Below, in pieces: positions 16,456 to 25,668 of a stretch of DNA of 64,000 nt. Origin of the DNA: a virus; IMG/VR virus record IMGVR_UViG_3300042691_027609. One strand, given 5' to 3'. Position 1 is the first letter of the stretch. The number at the start of each line of letters is the position of its first letter. Made by a program: the position numbers and the translations under genes. Under the pieces are notes generated by a model. The model worked only from the letters and a program-made list of their open reading frames with translations, was not told the origin of the DNA and did no database searches.

Positions 16456-17454
16456 ATGAAATGTTTAACTTGGCTAATATCGTCAATATTATTGACATTG
16501 CAAATTCATGCTCAATGTAAAGATGTCTATGGGCACAAAACAGAATGTCCTACTGAAGCGGACAGTCTGGCTGTGTACAATAATGCTCTAAAAGTTTATG
16601 AGTTCTACGAAACCAGCACAAAATACGAAAGGACTAGACAAGTTGAGTTGACTTCAGAAATGGATAAACGAAACGTGTTTGATGATCTAGCAACGGCAAG
16701 ACGATTATTCTTCGTGATTAGACGTGAATTTGGCACAACGAATGCCGCGCAAAAAAAGTTTGCCGCAGGGAAACCGGTACCAGCTTATAAAGATATAAAA
16801 TACAGTCAGTATTATCAGGAGATTGACGAGTATCGATTTTATCAAAGAGAATTAGAAAGTCAAATAGTAAATGCGTCTGCACCGGCTTCGCTGTTTGATA
16901 TACGAATATCTCCAATTATCATAAACGAGTATCACTGCATTGATTCAACAGATTCACACTTCGGAGATCTAGTGAACATACCACTATATGTACCCGTTAC
17001 AGTGAAACCTGTGATGTTATTGACGGAAGATGAGTTGGAAAGTCGAAACCAAATACTTGCAAAGATCGACGCTAATTATAAACCGATTCAAATTCCTAAG
17101 CCGTACGAAGATCCTCCTAAAATTGTATCAGTATCTAATGATACGCCTGTAGCAACTCCTCCAACAAAGACGATTGATAGACCTATTGGTAGCAAGGTGA
17201 GTGTTGAGAAGCCAATCTATTTACCAACTATTTACAGAAAGTGTCAATTTCCAATTCCTACATACGCGTATAATCCCAATACTGGTGGCACAATTATTGG
17301 ATTTGTGTGTGGTAAAACTTTTATTAAGATTAAACCAGATGAGTATAAACACTATGCTGTACCTAATTGGGCAAAATATATTTTAGAAAATGAAAAAAGT
17401 TTACTCGAATTGATAAAAAACAAATTTGGAGAATACATAAATAGCATTGAATAG
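16456..17454 (+). CDS. Secreted hypothetical protein
   Basis: Sec signal ending IHA-Q; Pro/Thr-rich linker. Confidence 0.75.
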   Translation: MKCLTWLISSILLTLQIHAQCKDVYGHKTECPTEADSLAVYNNALKVYEFYETSTKYERTRQVELTSEMDKRNVFDDLATARRLFFVIRREFGTTNAAQKKFAAGKPVPAYKDIKYSQYYQEIDEYRFYQRELESQIVNASAPASLFDIRISPIIINEYHCIDSTDSHFGDLVNIPLYVPVTVKPVMLLTEDELESRNQILAKIDANYKPIQIPKPYEDPPKIVSVSNDTPVATPPTKTIDRPIGSKVSVEKPIYLPTIYRKCQFPIPTYAYNPNTGGTIIGFVCGKTFIKIKPDEYKHYAVPNWAKYILENEKSLLELIKNKFGEYINSIE

Positions 17455-17460
17455 AAAATA

Positions 17461-17476
17461 TGGTATAATTTTTGCA
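17461..17476 (+). promoter_or_regulatory. Sigma54-like -24/-12 promoter
   Basis: TGGTATAATTTTTGCA has exact GG-N10-GC spacing. Confidence 0.6.
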
Positions 17477-17520
17477 CTATATATAGTTATGCACAAATTG
17501 TAAATCATTAAAAAAAATCT

Positions 17521-19803
17521 ATGAAAAAACTGTTATTTTTATTTTTATTTTCTCTTTTATTTTTCTCAGTTAATGCTCGCAAGTATTATTTTAGTTCATC
17601 GACTGGTAATGATACTTACACAGCAACGCAAGCACTAAACCCTGCTACTCCGTGGGCATCTCTAAAAAAGATGGAGCAAATGAGTAGAGTGGCAGGTACA
17701 TTCCAACCCGGAGATACATTAGCATTCAAACGTGGTGATGTATTTGCAAATGGTTACAACAATACTTTTGCCAGTATGCAGTGGAGAAACATATCCGGCG
17801 ACAACTATTGGACAGCACCAAGCGGTACGCCCGATAGACCAATAGTAATTACAAACTATGGTGATCCTTCACTTCCACTACCTAATTGGTTATGGCCATC
17901 CACAACATCTCCCGTAAATGCCTGGCCGAACACAAGACCTGCAAGACACGTTGTATGTTTTACGGGTGTTAGTAATTTTATTATTGAAGGCATACAATCA
18001 AACGATACCAGATTTCCGATTAATGATAAATCTACACCTGCATATACGGGTGGTTGGTTGATTGGTGAATGGACAAACTCAAAAACAATAAATGGTGTTT
18101 ACGTTCAGGGTGCAAATAATCCAAACAATCGTAAATTAATGGTTACGAATTTCAAAGTTCGTAATTGTGTTTTTAGTAATGTACAATATGCATTTGGTGG
18201 TATATCGGCAATCAATAGTGAATTTAGTTACAATACAATTACAAATCTAAAATCAAGTGCAGATACCGCAGGCGTAAATGATGTAATGGCAGGAGCATTT
18301 GAAGCTCTTAGCGGATTCAATCTTAATATTCATCACAATTACATTAAAGGAGCTTGGGCTAAATCAGGGCGTATTGGTTCTTGTAGTGGATTAGGCGGTG
18401 TTGCTTTTGATATATTCAACTTAAAGAATAGTCGTATCGCATATAATACCGTTATTGATTGTTCTGGTATGTGGGAAATTGGAAATCTTGATAGGTTGGA
18501 TTCAACATCAGGAGCACAATACGATACATTCGCTTTCAATAAAGTAATCAACTGCGGTAATTTTGGTTACTTACATGGTTCAACTGGTTCATTTATTGGT
18601 AACAATCATCACCTATCTTATTGGAATAATGTAATTGTATTCAATAATAAAGACCGGCAAAACGGAATTGGATTTGGAAAAGACCTTTATGGAGATGGAC
18701 AGGGATTTGCTCCTGGTACTGCAAATCCGTGGTGGTTTTGTAGAAACCCTTTGAGCACATGGAATCAAAGTCCACAAGTACCTTCAACAACTACAAATGC
18801 TGGCTCCAATATAGTTACCGTAACCAATGCGACAGGAATACGAATAGGTAGTGTAGCATTCGCAAACAACGATAGCCTTTTAGGTGCAGCATATCAAACT
18901 GTAACGGTTACTGCAATTAGTGGAAATCAATTAACGCTGAGTGTAAATTGTACTCGTTCAACAACTACAACAAATGTTGCTTACTATCTTCCCGTTTCTG
19001 ACACAACTTGGAGCACCCCACTTAATTCAGCATATGCAAACTATGGAGGCAGCAGGGCATTCATTCAATACGCATCGGATAACACTACATTCGGATCGTA
19101 TATTGATACAATGATTGATAGCAGAAATAACATAATGTATTGGACTACAGGTATTCAAGGTGTTTATGATCGTAACCGATTCAAACGGAATAGCAACATT
19201 TATATTCCATTGGGAAGTGCACGATTTGCTACAGCTGTTGGTAGTCCATTGAGAGCAACCGAAAGAACAATTACAACAAAAGTATTCAAAGATACAACGG
19301 CTCAATTTCCTGAAGATTGGAATTTAAGACCCGAAGATACGAGTTATGCATATAGAGCAGGTGTACCAACGCCTGGTTTTGATAAAGATTTTAATGGAAT
19401 ACCAATTACGACTCCGTTCATAGGTCTATATGCTAAAGTGGGAACGGTATCAATAGATACATGTCGGTTTACTTACGGACAATGGAGTGCATGTAATGGA
19501 AGTTTTCAAACACGTCCTTACACAGCAAGTCCGAATGGTTGTGTTGGAGTTCCACCAATGGATAGTATTCAAAGAGTGTGTGTGACACCTGTAGTTGTTC
19601 GTTATTTTTACTATAGTCCACAAAGACGCAACATTAGGATTGATTGTAATTATTCGGGTGTAATTAGAGTATCTAATGTGTTGGGCAATATTATGAGAAC
19701 ATACACATATAGAGCCAACGGACAGTGGGTTAGTGTAAATGATTTGCCCGCAGGAGTTTATTTTGCAGAAACTTATGGACGTAATTTCACATTTATGCGA
19801 TGA
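17521..19803 (+). CDS. Secreted right-handed beta-helix protein with probable T9SS C-terminal sorting domain
   Basis: Signal VNA-RKYYFSSSTGND; PGDTLAFKRG; Asn-ladder repeats; TSP1-like WSAC motif; C-terminus IRVSNVLG...VNDLPAGVYF. Confidence 0.75.
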   Translation: MKKLLFLFLFSLLFFSVNARKYYFSSSTGNDTYTATQALNPATPWASLKKMEQMSRVAGTFQPGDTLAFKRGDVFANGYNNTFASMQWRNISGDNYWTAPSGTPDRPIVITNYGDPSLPLPNWLWPSTTSPVNAWPNTRPARHVVCFTGVSNFIIEGIQSNDTRFPINDKSTPAYTGGWLIGEWTNSKTINGVYVQGANNPNNRKLMVTNFKVRNCVFSNVQYAFGGISAINSEFSYNTITNLKSSADTAGVNDVMAGAFEALSGFNLNIHHNYIKGAWAKSGRIGSCSGLGGVAFDIFNLKNSRIAYNTVIDCSGMWEIGNLDRLDSTSGAQYDTFAFNKVINCGNFGYLHGSTGSFIGNNHHLSYWNNVIVFNNKDRQNGIGFGKDLYGDGQGFAPGTANPWWFCRNPLSTWNQSPQVPSTTTNAGSNIVTVTNATGIRIGSVAFANNDSLLGAAYQTVTVTAISGNQLTLSVNCTRSTTTTNVAYYLPVSDTTWSTPLNSAYANYGGSRAFIQYASDNTTFGSYIDTMIDSRNNIMYWTTGIQGVYDRNRFKRNSNIYIPLGSARFATAVGSPLRATERTITTKVFKDTTAQFPEDWNLRPEDTSYAYRAGVPTPGFDKDFNGIPITTPFIGLYAKVGTVSIDTCRFTYGQWSACNGSFQTRPYTASPNGCVGVPPMDSIQRVCVTPVVVRYFYYSPQRRNIRIDCNYSGVIRVSNVLGNIMRTYTYRANGQWVSVNDLPAGVYFAETYGRNFTFMR

Positions 19804-20465
19804 AGAAACTGATCACCACACTGATACTATTTTTGACATTCGCGATTTCATATTCGCAACCGGTGGTGGATGTGTATAACGTTGTGATGAAATGGCCACC
19901 TGAAAGAATGTTTATACGGATATTCAAACACGAAATGGAATTAGAAGTTTGGGTATCGGATAGCGTAGATTTTTATTTATACAAACGCTATAACATTTGT
20001 AAACTAAGCGGTGACTTTGGACCTAAAAGAAAGCAAGGGGATTTGCAAGTACCAGAGGGGTTTTACTATATAAATGATTTTAACCCTTTTAGTAAGTATC
20101 ATTTAAGTATGGGTATAAACTACCCAAATCAATCAGACAAAATATTGAGTCCATACAAAAACATGGGTGGATTGATTTACATTCACGGAGATTGTGTGTC
20201 TGTCGGATGCATTGCTATGGGAAATAAAAACGTTGAAGAGATTTATAAGATAGCAAGAAAAATAAAAACCCCAATAGAAGTTCACATTTTTCCAGTTAAT
20301 TACTTATATTTAAAATCTTTGAATTGGTTTGATAAGAAAATAAAACAAAATCCTGAATTGATAGATTTTGAAAAAAATTTATTTGAGGGTTATTTATACT
20401 TCCAAGAATCAAATAGATTACCAAACGTAATTTTTTTAGAGAACGGGTTTTATAGATTCGAGTGA
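19800..20465 (+). CDS. YkuD-family L,D-transpeptidase (YafK/DpaA-like)
   Basis: IRIFKHEMELEVW, GPKRKQGDLQVPEGFY, INYPN, IHGDCVSVGCIAM; signal peptide. Confidence 0.9.
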   Translation: MKKLITTLILFLTFAISYSQPVVDVYNVVMKWPPERMFIRIFKHEMELEVWVSDSVDFYLYKRYNICKLSGDFGPKRKQGDLQVPEGFYYINDFNPFSKYHLSMGINYPNQSDKILSPYKNMGGLIYIHGDCVSVGCIAMGNKNVEEIYKIARKIKTPIEVHIFPVNYLYLKSLNWFDKKIKQNPELIDFEKNLFEGYLYFQESNRLPNVIFLENGFYRFE

Positions 20466-20516
20466 TGCGTAATTATTTATTGGTGCATATACATTAAATT
20501 TATTTTATTTCTTTTG

Positions 20517-20524
20517 ATATTTAT
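20517..20524 (+). promoter_or_regulatory. Putative late promoter ATATTTAT; also at + 16349, 22218, 24445, 25077, 25652, 47684, 50522, 53809, 57712, 61251 and - 27265, 31064, 39606, 43404
   Basis: Same octamer on the coding strand, mostly 4-45 nt before starts of structural and late genes, on both strands. Confidence 0.75.
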
Positions 20525-20564
20525 TTATGATATTTAAGTAGTCGTAATAATATAAACAGAAAAA

Positions 20565-21386
20565 ATGAAAGATTTCAACTTAAAAAAATTTCTATTAGAA
20601 AATCCTCTTACAAAAAATAAGAAGCCCGTTAACGAAGCGTTTGAAGGATTTGGTGGTGTTAAAGGCGTTGCTCCGATTCAAGAAGCTCCAGTTCAACCAA
20701 AAGACTTTAAAACAAACACCGACCCTTGGGGTTGGGATGATCATGTAAAAAGCGTGAAAGACGATGAAGAAAATCGCGCAAACAAATGGATCATGAACAT
20801 CGATAGATATCCAAATCCATATAAAGATTGGAGTATAAGTTGGGAATACCCAGGAATAATTGTTTGGGCGCATCCTGATATTCATGACGCTATCGTTGCC
20901 GCCACACCAGGATGGGATGGTAAAGGCACGCCGATAGAATTTCAATCTGAAAAAGGATCAACTCAGATGTTGAAAGTCCTAGATCAAGACGAATTTCCTT
21001 CTTTTAGTGCATATGTAAAAGCTGTAGCTCCGTATCTTGATATGGTAGAAGATGCTAATTTAAATCCCACCGGTGATAATTACGATGATGCTGGTGTAAC
21101 TCCAGGCGCGCAGCGTATGCCATCTGATAAGGATTTTCAAGGCATTCACGAAGATGATGGAGTAAATGAAACTATGACGGCTGATAAAGGTTGGCAATAC
21201 GATGATGACGATTTTCCTGAAGCGGGATATTCTAATATGGATAGAATGAAAGGGCTTGTTAATCAAAACCATTTAAAAATGTTTGTAACAGGCGCGAGAG
21301 GAATCATGGGAGATTTGTTAGACGACGGATTTGAACCAGACGACGTATACGAATTTTTGATGGACACTTTAAAAAACGTAGATTAG
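20565..21386 (+). CDS. Putative virion-internal protein with FNLxxFLxEN leader
   Basis: MKDFNLKKFLLEN; internal VNE/IQE/IHE sites; late motif upstream. Confidence 0.7.
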   Translation: MKDFNLKKFLLENPLTKNKKPVNEAFEGFGGVKGVAPIQEAPVQPKDFKTNTDPWGWDDHVKSVKDDEENRANKWIMNIDRYPNPYKDWSISWEYPGIIVWAHPDIHDAIVAATPGWDGKGTPIEFQSEKGSTQMLKVLDQDEFPSFSAYVKAVAPYLDMVEDANLNPTGDNYDDAGVTPGAQRMPSDKDFQGIHEDDGVNETMTADKGWQYDDDDFPEAGYSNMDRMKGLVNQNHLKMFVTGARGIMGDLLDDGFEPDDVYEFLMDTLKNVD

Positions 21387-21409
21387 TTAATTTACACATA
21401 AAATTTATT

Positions 21410-21432
21410 AAGCCCCTTTTTGGGGCTTTTTT
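21410..21432 (+). terminator. Rho-independent terminator
   Basis: AAGCCCC-ttttt-GGGGCTT plus T run. Confidence 0.8.
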
Positions 21433-21460
21433 ATTATATTTAATAAAATAAATAAAGGTT

Positions 21461-22216
21461 ATGAGACTAGAAACTTCTCCGTACAACACTCGACAGGAGC
21501 AATATCGTGATGATCCGTGGAAGATGCTTATGATTTGTTTTATGCTTAACCAAACAAGTCACAAACAAGTCGACCAGATACGCGATGCTTTCTTTAATAG
21601 GTTTCCCAATGCAGAATCTTTGACTGCAGCCAGTGAATCAGAAATAGCAGAGATGATACGTCCTTTAGGCTTCTATAATAGAAGAGCAAAAGCATGGAAA
21701 CTTTTTAGTGAGCAATGGATAGCAGCAGTCGATAAATTCGGTGGTACAGATATATCACCCGAAGAATTATCTAAAATGAGAGGCGTAGGTAAATATGCAC
21801 TAGATTCTTGGAAAGTTTTTCAACTTTACGATTACGATATTGAAGTAGACGATCATGTTTTGAATTGGTATGTTGATTGGGCTAGAGTAGAAAAAGAGAG
21901 ACTAATTCGAGAGAGTTTGCCTTGGAAGCCTATGAGTGTATATTATTTGCATTTCGAAGACGACAGAGAGGTGTTTCCTAATTGGAAAAATTGTAAAGAT
22001 CATGTTTGTTGTGTTATGGCTCGAACTCAAAAAGAAGCAATAGAAGTTACCAAATCTATTGCCTTAGATCAAGATTATGCAATGCACATTAAAATACTCG
22101 GAATTGGATATTGTAAAGAGGAGTGGACAGATTGCGAACAACCCATGACGACAGATGAGCAACACATGAGAGCACAATTAGATGCGATGTGGGAAAGAAT
22201 GAAATCGAGATCTTAG
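21461..22216 (+). CDS. HhH-GPD DNA glycosylase (MBD4/EndoIII-like) with extra C-terminal domain
   Basis: DPWKMLMICFMLNQT, IRPLGFYNRRA, HhH MRGVGKYALDS, DDHVL. Confidence 0.85.
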   Translation: MRLETSPYNTRQEQYRDDPWKMLMICFMLNQTSHKQVDQIRDAFFNRFPNAESLTAASESEIAEMIRPLGFYNRRAKAWKLFSEQWIAAVDKFGGTDISPEELSKMRGVGKYALDSWKVFQLYDYDIEVDDHVLNWYVDWARVEKERLIRESLPWKPMSVYYLHFEDDREVFPNWKNCKDHVCCVMARTQKEAIEVTKSIALDQDYAMHIKILGIGYCKEEWTDCEQPMTTDEQHMRAQLDAMWERMKSRS

Positions 22217-22268
22217 AATATTTATTTATATAGGTTTATTTAATAGTTTATAAAAAACAAAAAACGTT

Positions 22269-23441
22269 ATGAGTTTATTACAAATGACTCATTATTACCC
22301 AGAATTTCTGAGGTATTATGAGAAGGCAAAACGCCAACAAGAAGAGTGCAATTTAGGCCTCATTCCCCACGCAGAATCCACAATCGACGACGATTTAATG
22401 AAACACGTAGAACTCTACGATGTTGTTGAACGCAAGTATGCAGGATTCTCTCAAATAGTCAATGACATATTCTACGGATGGACTGAGGATCATCCATATT
22501 GGCAGCGCATGCGAGCTGGATTGGCTAGCGAACCAAGAGAAGAGATTGCTCCAAAGTGGAACGGTAAAAGAACTCAATTAAACGTAGAGGATTGGTTCTA
22601 TTTATTCTTAGTTCACAGATTGACAGGATCCGCTATTAATTACGCTAAGAAACCAAGCGGCTACCACAATAGTATTCTGTTTCACTTGCACGAATGCGAA
22701 AACATTGAACAGATGGTAGAAGTTATCAAGAATCACAAGCAACCTTACTACACTTCTGTTGGCTATCAGATCGCTGCATTTCCAAAACCACAAGGAGAAT
22801 ACAAACGTGGAGGAGATTATTTCCTTTGCGAGTGGGTTCCGCAATTAGCGAGAGATGTTGTTCGATTCTTAGAAACTGGAAAACCTAAAAAGAATTTCAG
22901 AGAGATCGGAGATTTCATGTTTGCTTGGAACAAAGAGCGAGTATTTAGAGCGTTCAAATTCCAATACGCTGCGTTTATTGCAGACATCGCAGATTGGTTT
23001 CCTTATTACATAAATAAAGAGAGTCCTTTTTATTATGGAACAAATGCTATCGAGTGTTTGAACTATCTTGCATACAAAATCAAAGGCGTTCCTCAAGAAG
23101 CATTCTTAGATAGAATTACACAAAAGATATACGAAGATACTGGTGCGTATCCTTACAATAGCGAGGACGTTACATGTGACTTTATTAGATACGTAGAAAA
23201 TTACGTAAAACCTGGTGCGGACTATAGACACTTAGACTACGATAATTTGTGGAATAGTTGCGGTATCAAAGATCATCCGTACGGTCGCCAGAAAGCTATG
23301 CTTGATCTTGGATTAGTTTTTACTTTTAAAGATATTACTGATCATCCTTCTGACGACAAGATCATCAAAGCTGCAGGTGTAACGCCTGAGAAATATAGAG
23401 AAATGGTTATTAATGACAAAATAGAAAAACAAGTTCAATGA
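22269..23441 (+). CDS. aGPT-Pplase / amino-acid:DNA transferase-like protein
   Basis: YDVVERK, FQYAAFIADI, YYGTNAIECL and EDVTCDFIRY resemble the family motifs (NVxRxxD; F..Q...D; GPGA..GL; E..LCEF.KY). Confidence 0.6.
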   Translation: MSLLQMTHYYPEFLRYYEKAKRQQEECNLGLIPHAESTIDDDLMKHVELYDVVERKYAGFSQIVNDIFYGWTEDHPYWQRMRAGLASEPREEIAPKWNGKRTQLNVEDWFYLFLVHRLTGSAINYAKKPSGYHNSILFHLHECENIEQMVEVIKNHKQPYYTSVGYQIAAFPKPQGEYKRGGDYFLCEWVPQLARDVVRFLETGKPKKNFREIGDFMFAWNKERVFRAFKFQYAAFIADIADWFPYYINKESPFYYGTNAIECLNYLAYKIKGVPQEAFLDRITQKIYEDTGAYPYNSEDVTCDFIRYVENYVKPGADYRHLDYDNLWNSCGIKDHPYGRQKAMLDLGLVFTFKDITDHPSDDKIIKAAGVTPEKYREMVINDKIEKQVQ

Positions 23442-24445
23442 CTGACATACTGTATCAAAACACCTGCGAAGTTGACTTCAAAGGAAAAAAGCCTAAAGAT
23501 TCTTGGATGATGAATTGGTCTTTAGAAGATCGCATAGAAAAATTTTTCGAGTTCTGTAGAGTATTTGACGATAGACAAGATTCTTTACTTAGATCAGAAT
23601 ACCAAATATTTAGTCATCGCTTGCATTGGGACGAACATCCTTTTTGTCAAGAGATGCAGTCTGTGACAGATAATCGTGAAAGATTATTCTTAACGCTTGT
23701 ATTTAGTTTTACTAACGAGCATTGGGGAACTTTTATGAAACTAAAGAACGAAGGCATAGATGCAACTCGTTTACACTTTCAAGACAATCGACACGCAAGA
23801 AACGATTTGTTTCAGATATACTATCCAAAAGGTACAAATGTAAAAGAATGGTTGTTGAGTGGACCTGCTATGGCGGCTGATCACTTACACGATGCTCTAT
23901 TGGGTAGAGTAGAGAGAGGTGAAAGAAAAACTTGGACAATGATGGAATTTGCCAAAGCATTAGAAAACTATTTCAAATCTCATCAGCGCTTTAGAAGTCC
24001 TCTTTATCCGTGTAAAAATACTGCTCGTTACATAGCCATGTCGTATCCTCATTTGGTAGATCCCGAATCAGTGTTATTTGGAGGAACAGGACACTTCGAT
24101 GGATTACATCAGATTTTCGGTGGACGCAATCTAAATGGTAAAGTAAAATACACCGTTGACGAAAACGGGATTTTTTTACCTGAGAATAAACAAGCTGAAT
24201 CATGGTTATTTCAGATGGATACTTTAGTAAATCATCCGAGCAATCCAATGGTCAGACAAAAATACTTGAATGTAGAAGATAAAACCTGTTTCTTTTGGAA
24301 ACACATAGGCATACATCACGGAGCTAAAAAACCAACCAAGAATATTCCATATACGTGGATATTCTCAGACAACTTTAATCTTAGCAATCACTCAGACTTT
24401 TTACAAAACATTCAAGAGAGAAATCTAATGTACGAAGAGGCTTAA
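23438..24445 (+). CDS. Second, divergent aGPT-Pplase-like protein
   Basis: YQIFSHRLHWDE, FGGTGHFDGL, NVEDKTCFFWKH. Confidence 0.5.
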   Translation: MTDILYQNTCEVDFKGKKPKDSWMMNWSLEDRIEKFFEFCRVFDDRQDSLLRSEYQIFSHRLHWDEHPFCQEMQSVTDNRERLFLTLVFSFTNEHWGTFMKLKNEGIDATRLHFQDNRHARNDLFQIYYPKGTNVKEWLLSGPAMAADHLHDALLGRVERGERKTWTMMEFAKALENYFKSHQRFRSPLYPCKNTARYIAMSYPHLVDPESVLFGGTGHFDGLHQIFGGRNLNGKVKYTVDENGIFLPENKQAESWLFQMDTLVNHPSNPMVRQKYLNVEDKTCFFWKHIGIHHGAKKPTKNIPYTWIFSDNFNLSNHSDFLQNIQERNLMYEEA

Positions 24446-24456
24446 TATTTATAAAC

Positions 24457-25077
24457 GTGAAATTACTAAATATCCTTAAAGAAATAGGAGATGCTTCTGC
24501 GAAACCATTTGTATGGAGTTCAAAAGGCGATATCTCTGTGTTGGCAAATCAATTCGCATCAGTTATTGATAGTGCAAAAAAAGGCATGAATATGGTCGGG
24601 CCTTCTATTTTTGGATATACTATGCAAAGCGATAGTGCTACCTATGATATAAGTATAGAAGCAATGGGACGTAGAAGATTATTACTTCAATTACCAGGAA
24701 AGCCAAAACGAAAACAAGTTGGTCCATCATATGAAATGGAAATTTGGATTAGTTTTACAGTCGATAATAGTGATGAAGACACAAATCTAAACGAACAATA
24801 TAGAGTAATGGCAACGGTTATTGCATGTATTCAAGACTTCGTTAGAAAAGTTAGTGATGTATTTTTTATCAAAGAAATTAATATTCTCCCAAAATCAGAT
24901 ACAAGTTCAGACGCTCAATTCGACTCTCATCGAGGTCGTTTATATTTGGCGTATGTAAAAAGAAATATAGATAAACTTCCAGGAAAATGGACAGCTTATG
25001 CTGATGAAGATGGAATATCTATAAAGAACGGATCTTGGGAAGGAGGAAACATTGTCGCTAAATCAACAAATCAGTAA
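24457..25077 (+). CDS. Putative virion-internal protein (KLxxILxE leader), possible degenerate GNAT-like fold
   Basis: MKLLNILKEI; late motif 4 nt upstream; RVMATV...RGRLY. Confidence 0.7.
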   Translation: MKLLNILKEIGDASAKPFVWSSKGDISVLANQFASVIDSAKKGMNMVGPSIFGYTMQSDSATYDISIEAMGRRRLLLQLPGKPKRKQVGPSYEMEIWISFTVDNSDEDTNLNEQYRVMATVIACIQDFVRKVSDVFFIKEINILPKSDTSSDAQFDSHRGRLYLAYVKRNIDKLPGKWTAYADEDGISIKNGSWEGGNIVAKSTNQ

Positions 25078-25088
25078 TATTTATAGGT

Positions 25089-25646
25089 ATGAAATTAATG
25101 TCTATACTATTAGAAGCAGAATCCGAGCAAAAGGTTGATTCTGTAGTTTCTCAGTTAAAATCTCAAATGGGTGATCTCATAGGAGATATGAAAGACGAAT
25201 TAGAAGACAAAGCGAATCAACAAAAAGAGGGCGTAGCAACGTATTTAGGAGTTGCGCTCGCAATTCCTCCAATATTGGGGCTTATTGCGAAATTCGGTAA
25301 ATTTGCTTCAGGCATTATTAAAAAAGCATTAGGAAAAAAGCCTGACGATCAGACAGGTGCCGAAAGATATTTTCAACAAATGGGTAGAATCGCTGATGAA
25401 TTACATCACATATACATAAAACCGCTTGAGTTAGCTATTAGACCGTTCGTAAAAGAAGAGGCGAAAGCCAAAAAAGTAGCCAATTTTATATACCACGTAA
25501 TTATAGCATACATGTTTATAAATGCAGGCATAACGGCTGTTAAAGCAATCCAAGCAAAGAATGTGTCTTTGGCTACATTAGAAACTGCGTTAGCTAGCAT
25601 TAAAGGCGGAGAAGTGAAATCGTATATTTCCAAACTACTAGCATAA
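25089..25646 (+). CDS. Putative virion-internal helical protein with hydrophobic segments
   Basis: MKLMSILLEA leader; two amphipathic/hydrophobic helices. Confidence 0.7.
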   Translation: MKLMSILLEAESEQKVDSVVSQLKSQMGDLIGDMKDELEDKANQQKEGVATYLGVALAIPPILGLIAKFGKFASGIIKKALGKKPDDQTGAERYFQQMGRIADELHHIYIKPLELAIRPFVKEEAKAKKVANFIYHVIIAYMFINAGITAVKAIQAKNVSLATLETALASIKGGEVKSYISKLLA

Positions 25647-25668
25647 TTGATATATTTATAAAAAAACT

